Positions 1 through 9,750 of a DNA stretch of 64,000 nt are shown here, piece by piece. The position numbers and the translations under genes are program-made. The stretch covers positions 1,120,001-1,184,000 of the forward strand of contig OZ255721.1 of the NCBI GenBank assembly GCA_965277285.1, given 5' to 3'. The DNA is from Abditibacteriaceae bacterium. Lineage in GTDB: Bacteria; Armatimonadota; Abditibacteriia; Abditibacteriales; Abditibacteriaceae. The notes under the pieces were generated by a model. That model had not been told where the DNA came from and ran no database searches. It saw only the letters and a list, made by a program, of their open reading frames with translations. How positions within the stretch are numbered: the first letter of the stretch is position 1; every line of letters begins with the position of its first letter.

Positions 1-70
1 GCAACTGTCCGTCTTGAATGGTGATTTTTTCGCTCATAAGGCTCCTGGTTTTGTAAGAACGCTAAGAAAA

Positions 71-169
71 TAGCCACAGAGAGCACAAAGAACACAAAAT
101 CAAGAATTGAGTACTCGATACTCTTTTTTCCTTGCGCTCTCTTTGTGCCCTTTGTGTTCTCTGTGGCTA
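71..169. repeat. Imperfect inverted repeat (tagccacagagagcacaaag...ctttgtgttctctgtggcta) with a palindrome variant in the spacer
   Basis: Arms read directly; lies downstream of gltA. Confidence 0.75.
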
Positions 170-187
170 TCTTTTCTCGCTGTGGAT

Positions 188-1321
188 TTAACGTTCGTCA
201 ATCGGTTGGTATTTCAAGCCTGTTTTGCCGACATATTCCGAATCGGGGCGGAACAGGCGATTATTGGCGTATTGTTCCAGCAAGTGCGCCGTCCAGCCGA
301 CGACGCGTGAACAGGCGAAAATCGGCGTGAACAAATCGCGCGGAATACCCAGAACGTGATACGCCGAAGCGCTGTAAAAGTCGACGTTGGGGAAAATGCC
401 TTTGGCGGCGACTGTCGGCTGAAAGATTTCTTCGACGCGGTGCGAAATCTGAAACCACTTCGTGTCGCCTTTGCGCTTGCCAAGCTCTTCGCTCATCTTT
501 TCCAAAATGACGGCGCGCGGGTCTTTGGCTTTGTAAACGCGATGCCCGAAACCCATCACTTTTTTCTTCGCCGCCAGCAAATTAGTCATGTAATCGTCCA
601 CATGACTCAAGTCGCCGATTTCCATCATCATGTTAGCGACCGCTTCGTTCGCGCCGCCATGCAACGAGCCTTTGAGCGTGCAAATCGCCGAAACCACAGC
701 CGAATGCAAATCACTCAGCGTCGCTGCCGTGACGCGAGCAGAAAATGTGCTGGCGTTCAATTCATGGTCGGCGTGAATAATCAAGGCCGCATCAAAAGTT
801 TTGACTGAATAATCGTCTGGCTCCTGACCATTCAGCATATACAAGAAGTTGTAGGCCAAACCTTTATCCGGCTTGGGATCAATCGGCAGACGGTCATTGC
901 GGATGGCGTTCCACGCTGTGACAATGAGCGGCAATTGCGCAGCCAGGCGAACGGCTTTCTTGCGATTGCCCGCTTCGCTCATATCGTCGGCTTCCGCATC
1001 GAAAACACCCAGCGCCGCAACACAGATTTCGAGTACTCGCATCGGGTGCGAATCGAAGGGCAAAGCCTGCATGATGTCGAAAACGTGCGCCGGCAACACC
1101 ATCGCGGCGACCAATTGAGCACGCAATTCGTCGAGTTGAGATTGCGTCGGCAAACTGCCGTTCCAGAGTAAGTAAGAAACTTCTTCAAAACTGGAATTGT
1201 GCGCCAGATCGTCAATATCGTAGCCGCGATAAACCAACTGACCTCGCTTGCCATCAATGAAACAAATGGACGATTGGGCGACCACGACGTGTTCGAGACC
1301 GGACGGTTTTTTATCGGACAT
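188..1321 (-). CDS. gltA: Citrate synthase (citrate/2-methylcitrate synthase family)
   Basis: YRGY, HADHELNASTF, LHGGANE, MGFGHRVYK and FPNVDFYS motifs. Confidence 0.93.
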   Translation of the reverse strand: MSDKKPSGLEHVVVAQSSICFIDGKRGQLVYRGYDIDDLAHNSSFEEVSYLLWNGSLPTQSQLDELRAQLVAAMVLPAHVFDIMQALPFDSHPMRVLEICVAALGVFDAEADDMSEAGNRKKAVRLAAQLPLIVTAWNAIRNDRLPIDPKPDKGLAYNFLYMLNGQEPDDYSVKTFDAALIIHADHELNASTFSARVTAATLSDLHSAVVSAICTLKGSLHGGANEAVANMMMEIGDLSHVDDYMTNLLAAKKKVMGFGHRVYKAKDPRAVILEKMSEELGKRKGDTKWFQISHRVEEIFQPTVAAKGIFPNVDFYSASAYHVLGIPRDLFTPIFACSRVVGWTAHLLEQYANNRLFRPDSEYVGKTGLKYQPIDER

Positions 1322-1365
1322 AATTGACCTTTAAGCGTTGATTTAGATGATTCGAGTACTCGATT

Positions 1366-1392
1366 GCAGGGGCGCATTTCGTGCGCCCCGAC
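1366..1392. repeat. GTAG-type REP-like hairpin (gcaggggcgca-tttcg-tgcgccccgac)
   Basis: Similar to copies at 54153 and 63379. Confidence 0.55.
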
Positions 1393-1396
1393 GAAA

Positions 1397-2587
1397 TTAC
1401 TCGGGCAAAACCTGCAAAATGCGATTGATGCCTTCTTTGATGTTCTCCATCGAGGTGGCATACGAAAAACGAACGTGATCGGGAGCGCCGAAACCGCCGC
1501 CTGGCACGACGGCAACCTTAGCGACGCGTAACAAATAAGCGGCCAAATCGTCGGCGCTGTTGATTTGCTCGTCTTTGCCGACCATCACGCCGAACATTCC
1601 CGACACTTTAGGAAACGCATAAAAGGCGCCTTCGGGGCGAATGCAATCCCAGCCCGGAACATCGTTCAGCAATTCCCGGATCACTTTGCCGCGACGTTCA
1701 AATTCGGCCAGCATCGCGTGGTCGATTTCGCCATCGAGAGCCGCAATCGCGCCCGCTTGCGCGAAACTGGTCGGGTTCGAGGTGCTTTGAGATTGCAATT
1801 TGCTCATGGCGCCCGCCAGTTCTTTGGAAGAAGCCGTCCAGCCGATGCGCCATCCAGTCATCGCGTAAGTTTTCGAGCAGCCTTGAACGATCACGACGCG
1901 GCGCGCGAACTCTTCCGAATAGTGCGCGATGCTCCACTGCTCGTTCGGCGCGTAAACCATGTGCTCGTAAATCTCATCCGTCACGACCAGAACCTGCGGA
2001 TAATCATCGAGTACTCGACACAATTCGCGCAGCGCGTCCGGCGAATAAACCGCGCCCGTCGGGTTGCTCGGACTGTTCAAAACGACGGCTTTGACGCGCG
2101 GATGACTTTTCAAAACATCGTCCAACTGCTGCGCCGACATCTTGAAACCGGTTTCCTGCGTCGTCGACACAAAGACCGGAACGCCGTCGGCCAACAGCAC
2201 TTGATCGGGATAGGAAACCCAGTACGGCGCGGGAATCACGACTTCATCGCCCGCGTTGAGGATGCTTTGAAAAATGTTGTAAAGTGAGTGCTTGCCGCCG
2301 CACGAAACAACGATCTGATCGGGCGTATATTGCAATTTATTTTCGCGCTGGAGCTTGCGCACAATCGCTTCGCGCAATTTAGGCGAGCCAGCGGCGGCGG
2401 TATATTTGGTGTCGCCGTTTTGCAGGGCGGCAATACAAGCGTCTTTGATGTGCTGCGGCGTGTCGAAATCGGGTTCGCCGACATCGAACATGATGACATC
2501 TTCGCCAGCGGCTCTCATCGCCTTCGATTTCGCGGAAATGGCCAGCGTCGGGCTGGGCTGAATGCGGTTAATTCGTTCGGAAAGCAT
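1397..2587 (-). CDS. aspC: PLP-dependent class I/II aminotransferase (aspartate aminotransferase type)
   Basis: GEPDFDTP, NSPSNPTG, DEIYE, SKTYAMTGWRIG; start moved to MLSERI. Confidence 0.88.
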   Translation of the reverse strand: MLSERINRIQPSPTLAISAKSKAMRAAGEDVIMFDVGEPDFDTPQHIKDACIAALQNGDTKYTAAAGSPKLREAIVRKLQRENKLQYTPDQIVVSCGGKHSLYNIFQSILNAGDEVVIPAPYWVSYPDQVLLADGVPVFVSTTQETGFKMSAQQLDDVLKSHPRVKAVVLNSPSNPTGAVYSPDALRELCRVLDDYPQVLVVTDEIYEHMVYAPNEQWSIAHYSEEFARRVVIVQGCSKTYAMTGWRIGWTASSKELAGAMSKLQSQSTSNPTSFAQAGAIAALDGEIDHAMLAEFERRGKVIRELLNDVPGWDCIRPEGAFYAFPKVSGMFGVMVGKDEQINSADDLAAYLLRVAKVAVVPGGGFGAPDHVRFSYATSMENIKEGINRILQVLPE

Positions 2588-2718
2588 AATGTTTGGGGTT
2601 CTTTTTGTGGACGACAGGAAGAATACAACGCGGCGTATCTTACTGCGAAAACGAGGCCGTTGCAAACCGTTTGCGTGCGCTTCGAGTACCCGATTGGTGA
2701 AAATTGTAAGGGAACACA

Positions 2719-3072
2719 ATGGAAGAAGACAACAACGAAGAATCGAAAGAACAATCGCCAGCACGGGCATGGTTCGATTGGTACATTGAGCGACTTGAAG
2801 GCAACTCAATTTATGCAGAAGAAATGGACGGTATTATGTATCGTTGTCCATGTTGCGATTATCAAACGTTGGGTTCAAGAGGCAGTTACGAGATTTGTCC
2901 CGTCTGCTTTTGGGAAGATGATGGACAAGACGATCACGACGCGCATATCATTCGCGGTGGGCCAAATGCTTCTCTCAGCTTGACAGCAGCCAGAAAGAAC
3001 TACCAAAAGTTCGGCGCTTGTGACGAGCGTTCCTTGAAACACGTCCGACTACCAAAACCAAATGAAATGTAA
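2719..3072 (+). CDS. CPCC family cysteine-rich protein
   Basis: YRCPCCDYQTL...YEICPVCFWEDDG...GGPNASLSLTAARKNY pattern. Confidence 0.8.
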   Translation: MEEDNNEESKEQSPARAWFDWYIERLEGNSIYAEEMDGIMYRCPCCDYQTLGSRGSYEICPVCFWEDDGQDDHDAHIIRGGPNASLSLTAARKNYQKFGACDERSLKHVRLPKPNEM

Positions 3073-3105
3073 ATTCGAGTACGCGATTTCTACCAAGGAA
3101 CAATT

Positions 3106-3360
3106 ATGAATCTGAACCGCGTGCATAAACATTCATCGAATCATCGCAACGAGATTTTGAGCAGCGAAGTTTGCGGTTGTTTTTATTGCTTGAGCATTTA
3201 TTCGCCGTCCGAAATTGAAGAATGGATTGACAACGATGAAAACCGCGTTGGCAAAACCGCGCTTTGTCCCAAATGTGGCATCGATTCGGTCATTGCTTCG
3301 ACAAATGAAATCGTTGTAACGCCTGATTTGCTTCGTGAAATGCACCAGCGCTGGTTCTGA
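3106..3360 (+). CDS. Small zinc-ribbon-like hypothetical protein
   Basis: CGCFYC...CPKCGIDSVI; AAGGA upstream of the start. Confidence 0.75.
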   Translation: MNLNRVHKHSSNHRNEILSSEVCGCFYCLSIYSPSEIEEWIDNDENRVGKTALCPKCGIDSVIASTNEIVVTPDLLREMHQRWF

Positions 3361-3622
3361 CAACTTCCGATTTATGACCGATTCTTCCATCTTTTCCGCC
3401 GACGAACAACCTGACAACCGCTTTCGAGTACTTGATCATAAGAGAATTGAAAGCGACTGTTTCGTTTTATAGAAGGAAGTTGTCGGTAAGTTGTTGCAAC
3501 GAGGTTGCCGTTAGTGAGTTTTGCCTTTATACTTCTGACTTCCTCAGGCTTTTGACCGAGCGCAAAAATCCTGATTTTCCGATTTTGGCGTTGTGTAGCG
3601 AAAGGCTATCGAAGGAATTTTC

Positions 3623-4975
3623 ATGTCTAACACTTCGTCGCAACGCGCTTATCAACGCGACGACATGGCGCTGCGGATGCGTCGTCCGCCCGAAGAATAT
3701 GTTTCGCTGCTGTCGCAAAACGAGCAAGAGTTTCGCAATTACGTTCACACCTTTGAAAATAATCCCGCCTTTGATCGCCTGATTCACGACGGCGTGGTTC
3801 ACAAGGTGCGCTTGCGCGGCAAAATTCCGCGCGGCAAATATGAAGAGTTCATGGACGCGCAGCTTTTGACGTTCCTGAAAGAATATCGCATCGAGACTTT
3901 TGAAGGCTGGGAACGCGATTTCCTGTCGCCCAACGCGCAACATCGAGTACTCGAACTGTCGCAGAAATATGAGATTCCCGCCGGAACGCTGTTGCGCCAG
4001 TTGCGCTACATTCGTTCCTCCGATCGCGGCGCGGTTCCTCTTTCGCGTATTCTCACCGAGCGCGACGGCCAAGGCGAATACGATCAGGTCGAAAGCGCGC
4101 CCGGCGGCGAAATGGTCGACCTGAGTGAAACCATTGAGTCCACGCGCGAATTCGTCGAGCGCTACAGCGTTTCCGAACAAGATTTTCTCGATCTGGTTTT
4201 GGGCGGCGAAGCGACACCAGAAGAGCTGACCGAGCGTTTCGGATGTTCTCTGCGCGAAGCCGAAGAATTGCTCGAAGCGACCGACCGCGTTTATCTGGCG
4301 CAAACTTATGAAAGCGAAGGCCGCGATACGGGCGCGCACGCTTCGCGTAGCAGTCGCATCGGTGAAGAACCGGTTGCTTTCGTTCAAGTCGTCGAAGGCC
4401 AACTGGCGATTCAATTCGATCACGATTCGATTTATGCGCAACGCTATCGCATCAAGCGCGACGCCAAAGTTGACGCTGTTTTGGCCGCCGACGCCCGCGA
4501 TTTATTGACGCGCGCGCGCTTTATCAATCAAAGGTTATCGGCTTTATCGCGCTTGATTACGACTTTGTGCGGACAACAATTGGAATATTTGGCGACCGGC
4601 GATTTGCGAAATTTGAAACCTTTGGCGCAGGCCGATCTCGCGCGCGAACTGGGCGAACATCCTTCCACGGTGTCGCGCTTGATACGTGGCAAAAGTGTTG
4701 AAACACATTGGGGTAAGATTCCGTTGCTGTTCCTTTGCCAAAGCAAAACCGATGTCGTGGCGCGCTTGATCGCCGAGTTTCCCGATTTGACCGATCAGGC
4801 TGTCGTGTCGCGCTTGCGCGAAGATTTCGATTGCCAGATCGCGCGCCGCACCGTCGCGTATCATCGTGGCAAGCGCGTGCGCCGCAACAAACGCCACAAA
4901 TCGAAAAATGATGCGCCCACACCCGAAGCGAAGGGTCAAAACGCAAAAAGTCAAACTAAGAAACGTGAACCGTAA
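3623..4975 (+). CDS. Divergent sigma-54 (RpoN)-like protein
   Basis: LKPLAQADLARELGEHPSTVSRLIRGK helix-turn-helix and an RpoN-box-like IARRTVAYHR; AAGGA upstream. Confidence 0.72.
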   Translation: MSNTSSQRAYQRDDMALRMRRPPEEYVSLLSQNEQEFRNYVHTFENNPAFDRLIHDGVVHKVRLRGKIPRGKYEEFMDAQLLTFLKEYRIETFEGWERDFLSPNAQHRVLELSQKYEIPAGTLLRQLRYIRSSDRGAVPLSRILTERDGQGEYDQVESAPGGEMVDLSETIESTREFVERYSVSEQDFLDLVLGGEATPEELTERFGCSLREAEELLEATDRVYLAQTYESEGRDTGAHASRSSRIGEEPVAFVQVVEGQLAIQFDHDSIYAQRYRIKRDAKVDAVLAADARDLLTRARFINQRLSALSRLITTLCGQQLEYLATGDLRNLKPLAQADLARELGEHPSTVSRLIRGKSVETHWGKIPLLFLCQSKTDVVARLIAEFPDLTDQAVVSRLREDFDCQIARRTVAYHRGKRVRRNKRHKSKNDAPTPEAKGQNAKSQTKKREP

Positions 4976-5084
4976 GATGGCTGGTAATGGCTCAATCGAT
5001 TTGATCTGTCTTACCACCTGGGCCACTGCCAAATTATTTTTCGATTGTTCGCTGCCGCTATTTTATGAACGTCAGGGAGAACCG

Positions 5085-7733
5085 TTGAACGTACTCGCCC
5101 GATTTGCTCAAAGCTCCAATTGTGTCACTGTTCAACACCGTCGTTTCTCCGCTGTCCCTCGCGTCGGTTTTGCTATCGCCTTTGTGGTCGCCTTGTTTTC
5201 GATGTCGCCAGGCGCGCATTCGGCGCCGCTTTCCACGTCGCTTTCGAGTACTCGATTGGCCCAGGTCAGCGATAGCAACGGTAGCGATAGCAACGGTGTT
5301 GATAATAATCTTGCGCTGCCACCTGTCAATCGCAATCTTCCAACGGCGACAACCCTGGCGCCCGATGCGCAATTGGTGGCGTTGTCCGATATTTTGGTGT
5401 CGAATGCCGCGCCGCAGCAATTGAACGACGCGCGCTTGCAACTGGCGAAAACTGCGCGCTTGCTGGCGGCGCATGATGCGAATACGCTGCAAATCTTCGG
5501 TTTACAAGATACGAGGGCAATTGCGGTCGGCGTTGCACCGGCTAAGAAAAAGGGCAAGGTCAACCGCGCTCTGCCGATTTCGGACGCGAGCAGTTTGCCA
5601 CTCAAGATGACTTTGTCGCGCCTCGCGGTTTCGCCTAACGGCACTTTGATGCGCGTCACGATGGAAGCTTTGCCACCCAAAAACGACGCGTTGGTTGCGG
5701 TCAGTTCCAACGCTGTCAATGCCGCGCCGCAGCCGTTTGTCAATCAAGCGCTTTTTACTGGCGCTCGCACTTACGACTTGTGGTATGCGCCGCAGCCGGA
5801 CGGGAGTTTGGCGTTGCAAGCGTGGCCGGTGGCGCGCGATGCCGCTGACGTGATGAGCGACGAAGCCGAGCGACACTGGCAAAACAGCGCCGATGTCGAT
5901 AGTGCTTCCCTCGACAACAGCGGCGCACATGGATCAGCGCATTCTGCGTCAGTTGCGGATATGGACGCGGCCTCAACCGTCGCCGAAAGCTCGGTACCTT
6001 TGGCGACGACGCGCGAAGGCGACATTCTCGATTTGGTCGCGGAATATCGCGGCGGTCAATGGCTGCCTTTGCGCGCAAGTGCTCCCTGGCGCGGTGCCCT
6101 GCTCGACGATGGAGCGCTGGCCCAGGCCGCCGCGCGCATGAAAACGTTGCAAACACAAGCCTCGAACGCCGCCACTGCGGATTCGGGTAACGCTTCCAAC
6201 GCCGCGCCGCTTTCGAGTACTCGAACTGTCGTCGAAGCGCAAACGGCGCCTTCGGCTGCATCCGATGGCTCATCGGTTTCCGCGGTGACGCCACTCACGC
6301 CCACGGCGGCGCTGGCTAAGAACAATGCGAATAGCGGAGCAGCTTTGCGCAACGTGCGTTTTTGGCTGGTGGCGCAGATGAGTCGTTATCGCAGGCGTGC
6401 GGCGGGCACGGCGCATTTTCTTTTTCAGCGCGGCCTGACCGGCTGGATTGGCATTGATTCGGTTTTTGAAGCGGCGAAAGGCGCTTCCGATTTGTCTTAC
6501 GCAGCGGATGAAAACGCCGTTCGTAGTTTTCGGGCGCAAATGCAAGGCGAAGGCTATTTATCGGCGACTTCGCACCGCGACTTCGCGCTTTTACTGGCGC
6601 GCGTGCATCTGCTGAACGAAGCCGCTGACCAACTGGCTCAAGCGCGCTTGATGCAGCCCGATCTGGTTTCGGACAAGCAAACGCAAACGTTCGAGCGCAA
6701 TCGAGTACTCGATCCGCAAATTCAAGCGCAATCGCAGCGCGACGCTTTGAAACGCGTCGGCTTCTCGCCCGAACATCCCATCTTGCGAATTCCCTATTTG
6801 CTGTCGCAATTTCGCCGTCAACCTTCGCCGCTGACAGCCTTGCGCTTGGGTTTGGAGTATTCGCGTCTGGGCTACGAACGCGAAGCCGCCGCGAGTTTGA
6901 CTTACGGCGAAGCGAACGCGACGCAGTTCTTGGCGTTGACGACCACGAACGACATCGACCGCGCATGGTTTGGCGTGTTGCGCGATCAGTTGCGCAATCG
7001 GCTGGCGCTGGCTCCGTCCAAGCCGCCGAACACTGTGCGCTCCGATTTGTTTACCGTGCGTTGTTCATTAAACGACCCTAACGCGCCGCAACTTTTGGCC
7101 GGTTTGGAAGCCGCGCAATATAAAATCTATTCGAGTTTTGGCGTGCCGATGGGCAACACCGAAGTTATTTTGTGGAGCAGCCAGAACCAGTTTCAGGCAT
7201 ATACGACGCGCCAGGCCGGACGCAACACATCAGAATTCGTAACAGCTTTGACGATCACGCAACTCGTGAACGCCGATGTTGGGCCAGTCGTTTTGGGCGA
7301 GGAAATCAACTTTTTCGCTGACCCGCGCGCCGACTCAATTTCGACCATTGCGCACGAATACGGACACATCGCGGTGCGCGCTCTGGCAAAAGGTCGCGCC
7401 GTTCCCGATTGGCTCAACGAAGGCATTGCGACCTACACAGAAGGCGGCTACGACAATTACATCAAGCGTGTGCGCGCGGGAAAAGCGGCGGGCACATTGC
7501 TTTCGATGCCCGAATTGCAAGCTTGGAACGTGGACGGCGAACGCGCTTTTTTGGCGTATTCGCAAGCCAATTCGATGGTCGATTTCATCGTCGCGCGCTG
7601 GGGCAACACGGCGGTTCTGGATATTTTGGGACAAATCGGCAAAGACATTCCGCCTGATGTCGCCCTGCGCCAAACCTTGCGCGTCACGCCCGAAGCCTTT
7701 TATCAATTGTGGCTGCAAAACGGCATCAAATAA
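5085..7733 (+). CDS. Large exported protein with C-terminal peptidase MA-like (gluzincin) metallopeptidase domain
   Basis: AHEYGH...PDWLNEGIATY...AYSQANSMVDFI; hydrophobic N-terminal segment; TTG start after GGGAG (start uncertain). Confidence 0.72.
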   Translation: MNVLARFAQSSNCVTVQHRRFSAVPRVGFAIAFVVALFSMSPGAHSAPLSTSLSSTRLAQVSDSNGSDSNGVDNNLALPPVNRNLPTATTLAPDAQLVALSDILVSNAAPQQLNDARLQLAKTARLLAAHDANTLQIFGLQDTRAIAVGVAPAKKKGKVNRALPISDASSLPLKMTLSRLAVSPNGTLMRVTMEALPPKNDALVAVSSNAVNAAPQPFVNQALFTGARTYDLWYAPQPDGSLALQAWPVARDAADVMSDEAERHWQNSADVDSASLDNSGAHGSAHSASVADMDAASTVAESSVPLATTREGDILDLVAEYRGGQWLPLRASAPWRGALLDDGALAQAAARMKTLQTQASNAATADSGNASNAAPLSSTRTVVEAQTAPSAASDGSSVSAVTPLTPTAALAKNNANSGAALRNVRFWLVAQMSRYRRRAAGTAHFLFQRGLTGWIGIDSVFEAAKGASDLSYAADENAVRSFRAQMQGEGYLSATSHRDFALLLARVHLLNEAADQLAQARLMQPDLVSDKQTQTFERNRVLDPQIQAQSQRDALKRVGFSPEHPILRIPYLLSQFRRQPSPLTALRLGLEYSRLGYEREAAASLTYGEANATQFLALTTTNDIDRAWFGVLRDQLRNRLALAPSKPPNTVRSDLFTVRCSLNDPNAPQLLAGLEAAQYKIYSSFGVPMGNTEVILWSSQNQFQAYTTRQAGRNTSEFVTALTITQLVNADVGPVVLGEEINFFADPRADSISTIAHEYGHIAVRALAKGRAVPDWLNEGIATYTEGGYDNYIKRVRAGKAAGTLLSMPELQAWNVDGERAFLAYSQANSMVDFIVARWGNTAVLDILGQIGKDIPPDVALRQTLRVTPEAFYQLWLQNGIK

Positions 7734-7818
7734 CGAACCCTGAGTGTAAGCGACGGGCTTGAGTAACAGTCAAATGTAGTTGCTACTCAAGCCCGTCGCT
7801 TACGATTCGGGTTCGTTA
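7731..7818. repeat. REPIN-like inverted-repeat element, family A (aacgaacccNNagcgtaagcgacggg...cccgtcgcttacgNtNcgggttcgtt)
   Basis: Long hairpin; six related copies in the window. Confidence 0.85.
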
Positions 7819-7856
7819 TCGAGTACTCGAAGTCAACAAAAACCTGATCAAAAACA

Positions 7857-8477
7857 ATGGCCATTTTACCGATTCGCATTTGGGGCGACCCGATTTTAAC
7901 GCGCCGCGCGCAAGCGGTTGACCGCATCACTAACGTCGAGCGCAAACTCATCAAAGACATGATTGAAACGATGGAATCCGCTGATGGCGCGGGTTTGGCG
8001 GCGCCGCAAGTCGGCGTTTCCAAGCGCATTTTCGTCTTCCGTCGCGGCGATGAAATTCGCGCTCTCATCAACCCGAAGATTATCCGTCGTCCCGGCGAAA
8101 AGAAAATCGGCAACGAAGGTTGTCTGTCAATTCCTGGCGTGCAGGCCAAAGTCCTGCGCCATTCGCGCGTTATTATCACAGGCCGCGATGAAAGCGGCCA
8201 AACCGTTGAACTCGACTGCGAAGATGGCGACGAACAAGGCCGCGCCGCGACTTGCGTACAACACGAACTCGATCATCTGGACGGCGTGATGTACATCGGC
8301 AAAGTCGAGCCGGACACGCTCTCGTGGCTGATCGAAACCGTCGATGAAGACGGCGAAGACGACGTAATCCTGCGCCCAACCACAATCGAAGCCATCAAAA
8401 CCGCGTATTCCAAGCGCGAACTGCCGCGCGACTTGCATATTTTAGATCAACTGCGCGACCGCATAATGAAGAAGTAA
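7857..8477 (+). CDS. def: Peptide deformylase with C-terminal extension
   Basis: GAGLAAPQVG, EGCLS, QHELDHLDG. Confidence 0.95.
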   Translation: MAILPIRIWGDPILTRRAQAVDRITNVERKLIKDMIETMESADGAGLAAPQVGVSKRIFVFRRGDEIRALINPKIIRRPGEKKIGNEGCLSIPGVQAKVLRHSRVIITGRDESGQTVELDCEDGDEQGRAATCVQHELDHLDGVMYIGKVEPDTLSWLIETVDEDGEDDVILRPTTIEAIKTAYSKRELPRDLHILDQLRDRIMKK

Positions 8478-8487
8478 TCAGGCGCCG

Positions 8488-8949
8488 ATGGAAGCGATTC
8501 TTTTTTGCGGCATTCAGGCGACAGGCAAAAGCACATTTTATCGTCGTTATTTCGCGGCGACGCACGCGCACATCAGCCTGGATGTTTTGAAGACGCGGCG
8601 CCGCGAAAGTCGGGCGTCGCAAGCGTGTTTGGAAGCGCGACAGCCTTTCGTGATTGACAATACGAACCCGCAATCGAGTACTCGAATGGCTTATATCGCA
8701 GCAGCGAAAGCGGCTAATTTTCGCGTTGTTGGATATTATTTTCAATCTCAATTGCAGGAATCTTTGGCGCGCAATGCGGCACGCGAACCGTCGCAAATCG
8801 TTCCGCTCGTCGGCGTTTTGTCGACTTATAATCAGCTACAAATCCCGCGCTGGGACGAAGGCTTCGACGCGCTTTTCTATGTTCAAATGGAAGCCGACGG
8901 TTCGTTTTCGATTCACGATTGGAATGAAGAAATGATTCTCGCACCCTGA
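8488..8949 (+). CDS. P-loop kinase (AAA_33 / polynucleotide-kinase-like)
   Basis: Walker A GIQATGKST; VIDNTN; RNAAR lid. Confidence 0.82.
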   Translation: MEAILFCGIQATGKSTFYRRYFAATHAHISLDVLKTRRRESRASQACLEARQPFVIDNTNPQSSTRMAYIAAAKAANFRVVGYYFQSQLQESLARNAAREPSQIVPLVGVLSTYNQLQIPRWDEGFDALFYVQMEADGSFSIHDWNEEMILAP

Positions 8950-8958
8950 ATTTTCATT

Positions 8959-9750
8959 ATGAACTTTGACGATTTCGATGCGCAAATGCGGCGTTTTGAA
9001 ACCTCGCGCGATACGTTTCTGACGCCCGATGTTTTTGTCGTTGCGCGACTTGATGGACGCAATTTCACGCGCCCGACGAAAGAACAGCTTCCTCTGACAG
9101 AGCCGTTCGACGACAAGTTTCATGGTTGGATGACGGAAACTGTACAGCATTTGATGACATGCGGTTTTCGAGTACTCTTCGGCTACACACAAAGCGACGA
9201 AATTTCGCTGTTGTTTCACCGCGACGAAAACGCTTTTGGCCGCAAAGAGCGTAAATGGAACTCGGTTTTGGCCGGAGAAGCGAGCGCCAAATTGTCGTTG
9301 CTGGCGAACCATCTCGTTTGTTTCGATTGTCGCCTGTGTCCGCTTCCCACATCGCAGAACGTTGTCGATTATTTTCGCTGGCGCAGCGAAGACGCGCATC
9401 GTAACGCGCTCAATGCGCATTGTTACTGGGCTTTGCGCAGCGAAGGAGTGGGCGTGAACGCTGCGACGAAGCGAATCGAAAACTTGTCGAACGAAGAGAA
9501 ATTGCAATTGTTGAAAGAACGCGACATCGTTTTCGCGCTTCTTCCACAATGGCAAAAACGCGGCGCGGGCATTTTCTGGCAAAGGCGCGAAATCATCGGT
9601 CACAATCCGCTTTCCAACAAAGATGTTTCGACAACGCGCCGCGCTCTTGTTATCGAGGAAAATTTGCCAGAAGGCGAACAATTTAGTGCGTGGCTGCGCG
9701 ATATTCTCGACGAAGAACATTTATCGAATCCAAGGAGAAGCACGAGATGA
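8959..9750 (+). CDS. tRNA(His) guanylyltransferase Thg1-like protein (3'-5' polymerase)
   Basis: RLDGRNF, YTQSDEISLLF, FDCR, YFRWRSEDAHRNALN, WQKRG motifs. Confidence 0.9.
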   Translation: MNFDDFDAQMRRFETSRDTFLTPDVFVVARLDGRNFTRPTKEQLPLTEPFDDKFHGWMTETVQHLMTCGFRVLFGYTQSDEISLLFHRDENAFGRKERKWNSVLAGEASAKLSLLANHLVCFDCRLCPLPTSQNVVDYFRWRSEDAHRNALNAHCYWALRSEGVGVNAATKRIENLSNEEKLQLLKERDIVFALLPQWQKRGAGIFWQRREIIGHNPLSNKDVSTTRRALVIEENLPEGEQFSAWLRDILDEEHLSNPRRSTR

